A DNA stretch of 64,000 nt, from NCBI GenBank assembly GCA_963817065.1, contig CAWFMO010000002.1, positions 559,745 to 623,744 of the forward strand. Reading direction: 5' to 3'. The position numbers and the translations under genes are program-made. Origin of the DNA: an uncultured Solirubrobacterales bacterium (lineage in GTDB: Bacteria > Actinomycetota > Thermoleophilia > Solirubrobacterales > 70-9). Positions within the stretch are counted from its first letter, which is position 1; each line of letters opens with the position of its first letter. Shown here piece by piece: positions 53,837 through 62,323 of the stretch. The notes beneath the pieces were generated by a model, which made no database searches, had not been told where the DNA came from, and saw only the letters and a program-made list of their open reading frames with translations.

Positions 53837-55192
53837 TTGGGCGATGATGGGAGCGTGCGAAGAGCCTTCCTGATCGCGCTCGCCGTGGCCGCGCTCGCGG
53901 CGCCGGCCTCGTCCTCGGCCCAAACTCTCTCGCTGGCCGAGTTCCCGCAGGCCGGCGAGACCTTCGCCGCCCCCTTCCACGTCACCAGCCCGCCCGGGGA
54001 CACGCGCCGCGTCTTCGTCGTCGAGGCCGGCGGAACGATCCGGCTGGTCAAGGACGGCGTCACCGAGCCGGCGCCGTTCCTCGACCTGAGCGCCGAGGTT
54101 TTCGATTTCGCTGAAGGCGGCAACTGCGAGTGCGGCGTGTTCTCGATCGCCTTCGCACCCGACTACGCGACCAGCGGGCGCTTTTACGCCTTCTACACCG
54201 CCGACGACATGGACCTTCTCGACCCGGGACACCTGATCCGGATCACTGAGTTCCGGCGCTCGGGCGCCGACCCCGACCTGGCGGACCCGGCGACGCGCCG
54301 CCTCGTGCTCGAGATCGACCATCCGAGCGCCAGCAACCACAACGGCGGCCAGCTCCAGTTCGGCCCCGACGGCCTGCTGTACATCGCGACCGGTGACGGA
54401 GGTGGCGGGCAGTCGGCGAACGCCCAGAACACAGGGTCGCTGCTCGGCAAGCTGCTGCGGATCAACCCCGCCGGCGCCGGCGCCGGCGACTACTCCGTCC
54501 CCGCGGACAACCCGTTCGTCGGTGTGGCGGGCGCCGACGAGATCTACTCGACCGGGCTCCGCAACCCCTACCGCTTCTCCTTCGACCGCCTGACCGGCGA
54601 CCTCGTGATCGGCGACGTCGGCGAGGGCCAGTGGGAGGAGATCGACTTCCTGCCCCGCGGGCTCGGCAATGGCGCCAACTTCGGTTGGAACTGCTTCGAG
54701 GCCGACGCGCCGATCGTCGTCGCGCCCCCCTGCCCGCCGGCCGCTCACGTCCCGCCCGTGCACAAGTACCCGAACCCCGCCGGCGGCGGGGCGGCGATCA
54801 TCGGCGGCTTCGTCGTCCGCGACACCGCGCTCCCGACCCTGCTCGGCCGCTACCTCTACACCGACCAGTACATCGACGAGGTCCGCAGCATCTCGCTCGC
54901 CCCCGGCGGATCGAGCGGCGACACCGCGCTGGCGCTCGACCCGCTCTTCTCCCCGGTCTCATTCGGCGAGGACGCCTGCGCGCACGTCTACGTCACCACG
55001 TTCACCAACGTCTACCGGCTCGAGCCCGAGAACGGCCCGTTCCCGTGCGCGCCGCAGCGGGCTCCCTCCCTGACCGCTCCGCCGCCGGTCGCCGGCACCA
55101 TGCCGCCCGCGACCACCACCCGGCGCAAGAAGTGCAAGCGCAAGCGCGGCAAGGCGAAGAAGCGCTGCAAGCGCAGGAACCGCCGCCGCTGA
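53837..55192 (+). CDS. Secreted PQQ-dependent sugar (glucose/sorbosone) dehydrogenase-family beta-propeller with Cys/polybasic tail
   Basis: - GGAGG is 6 nt before TTG 53837; GTG 53855 is the alternative start.
- Signal peptide VRRAFLIALAVAALAAPASSSA.
- Motifs HNGGQLQFGPDGLLYIATGDGG, GKLLRINP, GLRNPYRFSFD, GDVGEGQWEEI.
- Tail RRKKCKRKRGKAKKRCKRRNRRR. Confidence 0.88.
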   Translation: MGDDGSVRRAFLIALAVAALAAPASSSAQTLSLAEFPQAGETFAAPFHVTSPPGDTRRVFVVEAGGTIRLVKDGVTEPAPFLDLSAEVFDFAEGGNCECGVFSIAFAPDYATSGRFYAFYTADDMDLLDPGHLIRITEFRRSGADPDLADPATRRLVLEIDHPSASNHNGGQLQFGPDGLLYIATGDGGGGQSANAQNTGSLLGKLLRINPAGAGAGDYSVPADNPFVGVAGADEIYSTGLRNPYRFSFDRLTGDLVIGDVGEGQWEEIDFLPRGLGNGANFGWNCFEADAPIVVAPPCPPAAHVPPVHKYPNPAGGGAAIIGGFVVRDTALPTLLGRYLYTDQYIDEVRSISLAPGGSSGDTALALDPLFSPVSFGEDACAHVYVTTFTNVYRLEPENGPFPCAPQRAPSLTAPPPVAGTMPPATTTRRKKCKRKRGKAKKRCKRRNRRR

Positions 55193-55202
55193 GGCAGCAC
55201 CG

Positions 55203-56033
55203 CTAGGCGGCGTCGCGCTTGCGCCAGTAACGGTCGAGCCCGTACCACTGCTGCTCGGGCGGCACCGCCTGGATCAGCGAGCGTGCGACGTCGGGATCGG
55301 CCGAGCGCTCAGCTTCGTCGCGAATGCGCTGCGCGAACTGCTCCGCGTCGAGCTCGCGGGCGAGATTCGCCTGCTCGTGGAGCCGCGCCTTGACGATCTC
55401 CATGTGCTCCTCGGGGTCGTCGATCTCGCCGAAGTGCGTGATCCCGAGACTCTCCGGCCGCCAGGCGAGGATCCGGTCGATCGACTGCTCCCAGAGCTCG
55501 ATGTCGATATCCGGCGGCGGGGTCGGCGGCACGACGTCGTTCGACGGCTCGATCCGGCAGGCCGCCATATCGCCGACGAAGGCGCGCCCGCTCTCGGGGT
55601 GGAAGTAGCTCACGTGGTGGGAGGCGTGGCCCGGCGTGTACGCGACCTCGAATCCGAGCTCGAACTCACCGCCCTTGAGCGCCGTGATGTTCTCCTCCGG
55701 CACCGGCAAGACCTCGCCCCAGAGCCGCTCCATGTCGTCCTTGTAGAGGCGGCCGGCGCTGGCGAGGAGCCGCGCCGGGTCGATCAGATGCGGGGCGCCG
55801 CGCTCGTGGACGTAGACCGGGAGGTCGGGCCAGCGCTTGACGAGCGTGCCGGTGGCGCCGGCGTGGTCGAGGTGGATGTGGGTGAGGAGGAGCGCCTTCG
55901 GCTGCGCGCCGCCGAGGGCGTCGATGACCGTCTGAACCGAGCTCGACGGACCAGGGTCGATGAGCACTCCGTCGATGTCCCAGCAACCGATCACCTTCTC
56001 GGTGCCGAGGTGGCGGACGTCGACTAGCTTCAA
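55203..56033 (-). CDS. MBL-fold metallo-hydrolase
   Basis: LLTHIHLDHAGATG (HxHxDH), then TPGHASHH. 276 aa. Confidence 0.9.
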   Translation of the reverse strand: MKLVDVRHLGTEKVIGCWDIDGVLIDPGPSSSVQTVIDALGGAQPKALLLTHIHLDHAGATGTLVKRWPDLPVYVHERGAPHLIDPARLLASAGRLYKDDMERLWGEVLPVPEENITALKGGEFELGFEVAYTPGHASHHVSYFHPESGRAFVGDMAACRIEPSNDVVPPTPPPDIDIELWEQSIDRILAWRPESLGITHFGEIDDPEEHMEIVKARLHEQANLARELDAEQFAQRIRDEAERSADPDVARSLIQAVPPEQQWYGLDRYWRKRDAA

Positions 56034-56034
56034 T

Positions 56035-56286
56035 TCAAATATCAGTCTCGGGCCAGCGCGGACGAACGAGCCATGCCGTCATGCGCCTGAGTTTCGCGCG
56101 CCGACGCTCTCGTTGGGGTCTTTCTGATTCCCATCGTCGAGCCCATTCGGTATTTGCACGTTGCAATTCACGAAGCTGCTTATGCATCTCCCGAGCATGC
56201 TCACGAAGATCGGATGGCCAGCGAAACAGGGGGTCAGCCGCTGGCAAGTGGAAGAGAGTCAACTGCTTGTCGTCCACCGGTTCCAT
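56035..56286 (-). CDS. Hypothetical 83-aa protein
   Basis: The ORF ends 1 nt before the MBL hydrolase start. Charged and helical (HAREMHKQLRELQRANTEWARRWESERPQRERRRAKL). No motif recognised. Confidence 0.4.
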   Translation of the reverse strand: MEPVDDKQLTLFHLPAADPLFRWPSDLREHAREMHKQLRELQRANTEWARRWESERPQRERRRAKLRRMTAWLVRPRWPETDI

Positions 56287-56643
56287 CGAATCGAATCAGC
56301 GTACCGGTGGCAGATGCGCTCGTCAGGTCGGGAACGAGACATCCGCTCTGCATGGAAAGCAGTAGCGCGTGCGAGGGTGTCGCCTTGCGTTCGCCGACTG
56401 ATCAGCAAGAATCGAGGTGTGCCAAAGGCGAAAGCGAAGACCTCAGCTGGTAAGACACCCGCGGCCCGTGAGCAGATGCCCACTTCGAAGAGAACGGGCA
56501 GCAAGACTGGATCGAAAAGGCAGCCGCCGCTCCCACCCGGAAGAAGGGCCGCGCCCAAAAGAAGAAGGGGGCGGAGCAGAGCGGCGCAACAGATGCAGTT
56601 GATCCCGTAACCGGCGAGGCCAGTTCGGCCCGGTGGTGCGGGG

Positions 56644-58421
56644 ATGTACCTCCATTGGGAGGGACGCAAGGGTTATCGAACGCACATGCCTGCGCCAAGA
56701 GTGCTGGAGCCGGTTAAGAAGCTGTCCACAACCGAACCGGGTGGCAACCGCGTTATCGAAGGGGACAACCTTCAGGTGATGGTGTCGTTGCGTTCCCAGT
56801 ACCAAAGCTCGGTCGATGTGGCTTACCTGGACCCGCCATACAACACAGGGAAGAACGACTTCGCATACTCAGATGCCCGCTTTCACGACCCGAATGCCGA
56901 AGCCGACGACCTGGTCTACGTCAACAACGAGGACGGCGGCCGACACACAAAATGGCTGAACTTCATGGGCCCGAGGCTTTGGCTTACCTGGCAGCTCTTA
57001 GCCGACCACGGCGTCTGTTTCGTCTCAATCAACGACGTGGAGCTATTCAGGCTCGGCATGCTGATGGACGAGATCTTTGGCGAGCAGAACCGCCTCGGGG
57101 TCATCGTCTGGAAGCAGGCTGCAGACAACAACCCGACCCGAATCGCGGTTGGGCACGAGTACCTCCTCTGTTACGCCAAGCGACAGGAGCAGGTTCCTCG
57201 CGCTTGGCATGGTGACAGCCCTGCGCAGAGATGGATGCTGTCCAAGCACGAGGAGCTTAAGAAGCAGCACAAGAAACTCGCTGACCTCCAGAAGGCATTT
57301 AAGGGCAGCGGTGCAAGCCCAGGTGGCCGCGTCCAAGGAGGCAGACAATCGCGAGTCCTCAGATGTTCTGGACCTGGGCGACCTGAGTCGCTACTCGCTG
57401 GTTGATACACGCGGCCCTTATGCGGCGAATCGCACGACCGAAAACCCTCAGCCCAACGGCTATGTCTATGACGTCAAGAACCCGACCACCCGGAGAGTCC
57501 ACAAGCGGCCAGGGCGGGGTTATCGCTACCCCGAGGAGACGATGCGTCGGCTACAAGAGGAAGACCGAATCATCTATCCGGACGACCCGGCCCGGCTCGT
57601 GCAATTGAAGAAGTATCTGGCAGAGCTGAAACCACCCCTGAGAGGCGTCGTCGAAATTGGTTCGCGTGGCGGCGCCGCAGACCTAAAGCGACTTCTCGCT
57701 GTCGAAGCGGCGCGATTCCCGAATCCAAAGCCAACGAGCTTGCTGGAGTTGCTGATCGGTTTTGCTTCTGATTCAGACGCCCTCGTCCTCGACCCCTTTG
57801 CCGGCTCGGGGACTACCGGTCATGCCGTCATGCGGTTGAACGCGAGGATGGTGGTAATCGTCGCTTCATTGTGATTGAGGAAGGTACGAAGGACGATCGC
57901 TACTGCCGGACCCTGATCGCTCCCAGGCTAAAAGCGGCGATCAAGCAAGAACAACTCCCGGGCGGCTTCCAGTTCGAAACCATGGGTAAGCGGCTCGACG
58001 TGTGACGCAATCCTACGGCTTGAGCGTGAGGCGATCGCAAATTTGATCATCCAAACGGACACTACTGGCGGAAGTGGTCGCGGGATCTCTGTTGTCACGG
58101 GTAAGTACGTCATCGGGCACAACTCAAAACAAGAGGCGATCTGTCTTTGCTGGAACGGGCGGGCAGAGAGCTCCATTACCCGCGATGTACTTGTTGCAAT
58201 GTTTGATGAAGCGAAATCGTTTGACCTACGACCGGCCACTTCGCGTCTACGGGGCGACGTGCGATGTTGGCGAGACAGACTCGTTCCGTTTCTGCCAGAT
58301 CCCTGATGAGATTCTCGCTGCCCTACATATCGGCGACGAAGACGAAACCCTCACCGGTGAGCCCGCGGCTGGTGAGCGATTTGAAGCTGCCGCAATAGCC
58401 GCTCCCAATGGCAGCGGATAG
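56644..58421 (+). pseudogene. mod: Type III-like N6/N4 DNA methyltransferase (Mod), disrupted by at least 4 frameshifts
   Basis: - Frame 1: NRVIEGDNLQVMVSLRSQYQSSVDVAYLDPPYNTGKNDFAYSD (motif IV).
- Continues in another frame: DLSRYSLVDTRGPYAA...FPNPKPTSLLELLI...LDPFAGSGTTGHAV (motif I).
- Continues in a third frame: EDGGNRRFIVIEEGT...
- Further pieces: REAIANLIIQTDTTGG... and RPLRVYGATCDVGETDSFRFCQIPDEIL. Confidence 0.8.
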
Positions 58422-60708
58422 CTTCCGGCTCTTCCGATTCAGGAGGACGCATCGCAAGAGCTGCGGGACGCCGCTTTGGGGTGGGTGGCCGTACTCGGCT
58501 GAGAACGGTCCGCCCAAGTATGGGACGGTCCCGATCCCGTTCCTCGGACAGCTCAAGGCTGTCACCGGTTCGGGTAAGACGCCGGTTCTCGCGCAAACCG
58601 TCGGTGGTCTGGGCGACGGGGTCGTCCTCTGGACGACGCGATCGAGCGCCGTGGTGGAGCAGACGTTTGCCAACCTCAATGGAAGTACCACCCCCTGCTC
58701 CCGAGTGGGGTCAAGGTCCTGCGGGACATCCCAAGTCAGGCGGTGTGGCGCGAGCTCATCGATGACGACACGGGCCTAACGATCTGGGTTCTCACCGTCG
58801 CGTCGTGGAACGAGGCGGATGCGGACAGCAATGGCGATGCACGACTTCGGCTTCGGCGTGAACAGCCAGATTGGGCGGGCGAGGGGTCGCCATGGGAGCA
58901 ATTGCGCGGCAACCTCAAGCGGCCCCTCTGGATCGTGTCGGATGAGAGTCACAACCAGAGCGCCGTGCAGCTCGCTGATCAGCTTGCGGGCCTGCGTCCC
59001 AAAGGTTTTTTCATGGCCTCCGCTACACCGCTCGTAAACGACCTGTTTAAGAAATGGTCCGATGCGCTCAGCGAGGAAGGCGCTACGCGGGCCATGCTGG
59101 AAGCGGCGCAGGTCCCCATCTTGACTCGCGACGTGGTGGACGCGAACCTCCTCAAGACCACCATCGAGCTGATCGACTACCGGTCTGGTGCTGAGGAGAG
59201 TCTGGATGGGACGCTCGCCGCACTGGAATCCGTTCAGCGAGCGGCGATCGATGAAGAGGCGAGCGTGACGCCGCGCGCCATATACGTAGTGGAACGCAGT
59301 AACCCACCCAAGGGATCAAAAGACGAGTCGCGCCCGGTCACGATCTGGCACTACCTTCGCAAGCGCGGGGTCCCTGCCGACGAAATAGCAATCTTCACCG
59401 ACACGAAGACACTGCCCGACGAGGCGGAGCGAGTCTCCAGCCTCAGCGCGCTCGAGCCACGCTACCGCCACATCATTTTCAATCAGTCGCTGCAGGAGGG
59501 ATGGGATGATCCCGAGGCGTATGTCGCTTACTTCGATGGCGTGACCAAGTCATTCGTTCGGATTCGCCAGATCGTCGGACGCGTCCTTCGCCAGCCGAGC
59601 GCCCGCCGCTACGAGGCGGAGGAGCTAAACACCGCGATGCTCATTCTCCAGACGCCGACGTCCGCATACGAGACCGTGGTGGAGGAGCTTCGGGCCGAGC
59701 TCCGCTCGACCGCCGGATGACGACCCCGCTTTCGCTGCTGTTCGCCTCAAGACTCGAACGGACCCGCTCGACCCAGTGCCGGTCAAGGCGGCCGCTAAGA
59801 AGTTGTCGCTGCCGCGGCGGGCCCTGCGCGCCCCCGACATGACCAAGATCGAGAAGCTCCTCAGCACGACCGGTGGGCTGAACCGTGGCCCGATGAGACA
59901 TTGGAGGCACCCGGCACCGGCCGGAAGGCAACCGTTTCGGTGGAGGAGGGGAGCGAGCGGTACGAGTACGTCGATGTGCTGCGTAGCGCGCGCACTGAGA
60001 ACGGCATTTTCCTTCGGCGTCGTATCGAGCAGCGGAACCGCGCCTGCCTGAATGCGATCCATCCGGATGCATTCCACGGCGATGCGTTCGAGCAAATGAG
60101 CTGCCACGGATCGCAGGCCCAAGCGGACCTCACAGACCTCGGCGCGTCAATCGTGGAGCAGTTTGAGGATCGGGTCGACTATCAGGAGGACCCTGACCCC
60201 GAAAAAGCGACTTGGAGGATTGACGAATACCGGCCGCGCGGGAAGGCAATGTACGACTTTGTGAAGGCGGCGCATGAGAAGTATTCGAAGAAGGACCTAA
60301 ACAACGACGAGCGTGAGTTCGCTCAAGCAATCGACCGGGTCCCGGGTCTGCTCTGGTCTCGCAACCCGACTACTGCTGCGCAGGGCTACGGCATCCCTCT
60401 CCCCCAAAAAGGTCGGGGACTCCTCGAACGTTCTACCCCGACTTCCGACCTGCTTAAGGGGGGCGAGTGCTGGGCCGTCGACACGACCGGGCGGCACCTC
60501 CTCGACACGAAGGTTCGTGGGAAGCTGATTGACCTTGGCCGTCCCATGATGGCGTTGGTCGTGCGCGGCGAGGTGGACCTGGGGGAGCGGCGCAAGGAAG
60601 GGCAAGGACGGATGGAGCCTTGTCCTGGGTCGCACCAACCTCAAGCCGCTGGTCGAGCATACGGACGACCTCCCGCCGCTGATCAAGCTCCTTTTCGAGA
60701 GCGGCTAG
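58408..60708 (+). pseudogene. res: Type III-like restriction helicase-nuclease (Res), disrupted by multiple frameshifts
   Basis: Pieces in different frames:
- LPIQEDASQELRDAALGW
- KAVTGSGKTPVLAQTV (Walker A)
- LWIVSDESHNQS (DExH)
- FFMASATP
- QSLQEGWDDPEAYV...RQIVGRVLRQP (motif VI)
- C-terminal nuclease-like DEREFAQAIDRVPGLLWSRNP...WAVDTTGRHLLDTKVRGKL, ending ...LIKLLFESG. Confidence 0.8.
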
Positions 60709-60827
60709 CCGTCGGCGTCTGCTTGAGCCTTCCGCTCCTCTAGCTCCTGCGTCGCGCGTGCAAGGCTTTTCGGATCCCAATAGAGGTAGCCCAGGAGAGC
60801 GTCCACGAACGCGAGGATGAGCGTCAT
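60705..60827 (-). CDS. 40-aa micro-ORF translationally coupled to the DUF4145 gene
   Basis: Own translation: MTLILAFVDALLGYLYWDPKSLARATQELEERKAQADADG. Its ATG overlaps the upstream stop (ATGA). Below the ORF-track cutoff. Confidence 0.3.
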   Translation of the reverse strand: MTLILAFVDALLGYLYWDPKSLARATQELEERKAQADADG

Positions 60828-61354
60828 GTCGCCTCTTCGACGTCGACCACGTCGTCGTGCCCTCCGATGTTCCTGTAGTCGCGGACCAGATGGGCTTGAT
60901 CCACCAGGGGTTTTGGGACTTCCCCCTGGGTCACAAGCGCGTCAAGGCGGTCGTACAGATTCCGCATCTCGTCGGTCCTCGGAAATCCCTGGTCAGCGCA
61001 GACGGCCTCTAGCGTGCGACCCGCATGGACGGCGAACGTGTCGGGGTCGAAGCGAAGCTCCATCATCCTGGCGTAGCGGCGCTTCACCCGGTCGGGCAAG
61101 TCCTCAATGTCCCGTGTGGTCGGAAAAAGGACCACAGGATTGACATCGGCGGGGTCATCAAGGCCGTCCATGAAGACGTAGCGCGACAGAGTCAACCCGC
61201 CGCAGCTCGAGCACTCCTGCACCCAGGCGGTGTCCTGCCGCTCGAGCTCCAGACGAACGGGGCGGTGATTGATCTCCCGCGCCGTGGGGACATAACCGCG
61301 CGTTCTCCACTTCCGAGCGTCCCTTCCCGCCCACAATGTCCGGCGGCCAGCCAT
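60824..61354 (-). CDS. DUF4145-domain protein
   Basis: The C-terminal half LPDRVKRRYARMMELRFDPDTFAVHAGRTLEAVCADQG...LYDRLDALVTQGEVPKPLVDQAHLVRDYRNIGGH matches my recollection of DUF4145 (ending ...R..GN..aH). The N-terminal start is uncertain. Confidence 0.6.
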   Translation of the reverse strand: MAGRRTLWAGRDARKWRTRGYVPTAREINHRPVRLELERQDTAWVQECSSCGGLTLSRYVFMDGLDDPADVNPVVLFPTTRDIEDLPDRVKRRYARMMELRFDPDTFAVHAGRTLEAVCADQGFPRTDEMRNLYDRLDALVTQGEVPKPLVDQAHLVRDYRNIGGHDDVVDVEEAT

Positions 61355-61472
61355 GGACCTGACGGTAGCGTGGGGCGGCGTCGGCTCGTGAAATGCCCGC
61401 GGCGACGCCCTTGCGAACGCTTCGTCTACGCATTCAGACAGGCGTCGTACCTAATCGCCGAGAGGTGCCAAT

Positions 61473-62006
61473 TCATTCGGCGTCCTCGACGGTGATCCGT
61501 ATCTGGCCGAGCAACGTTTGGATTGTCGTGTACTGCGCGCCGGCGGCATAGCCGCCGGCGCTCCGCTCGAGGTCTGCCATTTCGAACAGGCCGGGGTCTC
61601 CTGTGGCGGCCTGGGCGTCAGTCAGGATCCGGTTGAACTCCTGCGCTACCGGCCACGGGATCACGTCCATAGGATTGGCGTCAGCCGCTGACGATTCGAG
61701 TTGATGGATGCGGCGGAGGAGCGCGCGGTGAGAGTGTCGGACCTTCTGCAATACGCGCGCCGGATCGTCCTCTGATGGCGCGGTTGGCCGGCGCCGAAAC
61801 ACCACGGTGATCGCGATGACGCAGCCGATCTGAACCGCGCCGAACGCCACGATGGCCCACAGCGGGAGCGTCACGCCGTTGCTGCCGTAGACGGCTGCGG
61901 CGCCTATCGCGCCGAGTCCGAATACGACAAACGCGTAGAAGATCGCGTTGTCGAGGAAGGCGACAGCACGCCCGCGCAGAAAGCCCTTTTTGTCGCCGCT
62001 GGTCAT
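61473..62006 (-). CDS. Two-TM membrane protein with C-terminal soluble helical domain, unknown function
   Basis: 177 aa. TM helices IFYAFVVFGLGAIGAAAVY and LWAIVAFGAVQIGCVIAITVVF. Same strand as, and upstream of, the DUF4145 gene. Confidence 0.55.
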   Translation of the reverse strand: MTSGDKKGFLRGRAVAFLDNAIFYAFVVFGLGAIGAAAVYGSNGVTLPLWAIVAFGAVQIGCVIAITVVFRRRPTAPSEDDPARVLQKVRHSHRALLRRIHQLESSAADANPMDVIPWPVAQEFNRILTDAQAATGDPGLFEMADLERSAGGYAAGAQYTTIQTLLGQIRITVEDAE

Positions 62007-62051
62007 ACCGTCCTGAGCTACCGCTGCGCTACGTCGCCGTCTCGGGTGTCA

Positions 62052-62246
62052 CTACCGCTTCTTCTTCTCCTTGTACTTCTTGCGCTTACCGGCGGGCGTC
62101 GTCGAGGGCGCTGGAGGCGCCGGCGGCGGCGTGACGTACGCGTTGAACACCCACTCGTCGGTCGAGCCCTCCTGGGAGAAGACGTCAGGGGCCGGACCCG
62201 AGGTGAAGAAGTCCCCGGGGCATGGGTCACCTGGAACGGTGAGCAC
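62052..62246 (-). CDS. 64-aa ORF resembling only the linker + polybasic tail of the surface-protein family (possible gene remnant)
   Basis: ...EWVFNAYVTPPPAPPAPSTTPAGKRKKYKEKKKR. No signal peptide and no clear RBS. Confidence 0.3.
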   Translation of the reverse strand: MLTVPGDPCPGDFFTSGPAPDVFSQEGSTDEWVFNAYVTPPPAPPAPSTTPAGKRKKYKEKKKR

Positions 62247-62323
62247 GCCGAGCGAATCCGATCCGGGCCTCGTGATCGCGACTGCGTACTGTCTGAACCG
62301 TCAGCCTCTCGCCTCGGCCTAAG

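Larger units (their letters stand above)
56035..62320. other. Lower-GC genomic island (decayed R-M system plus small accessory genes); boundaries approximate
   Basis: Visibly higher A/T content and different codon usage than the flanks. Its content is restriction-modification and DUF4145 genes. No integrase or flanking direct repeats were seen. Confidence 0.55.

Noticed and set aside
53753-54763. The upstream ~335 codons of the minus-strand ORF 53555..54763
   Set aside because: Antisense to the PQQ-dehydrogenase-family gene. Only the 65-aa Cys4 segment outside that gene was retained, at low confidence.
56161-56610. Plus-strand 149-aa ORF with a very basic C-terminal half (VPKAKAKTSAGKTPAAREQ...PKRRRGRSRAAQQ) upstream of mod
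   Set aside because: Its first half is antisense to the 83-aa ORF, and it has no RBS or motif. The basic stretch is not at the C-terminus of a signal-peptide protein, so it was not linked to the tail family. Coding status could not be supported.
57290-57310. Phase-variable (phasevarion) switching of the type III mod gene at the GGG run where the first frameshift lies
   Set aside because: The homopolymer is only 3 nt. Several additional frameshifts occur at non-repetitive sites in both mod and res, so decay is the simpler explanation.
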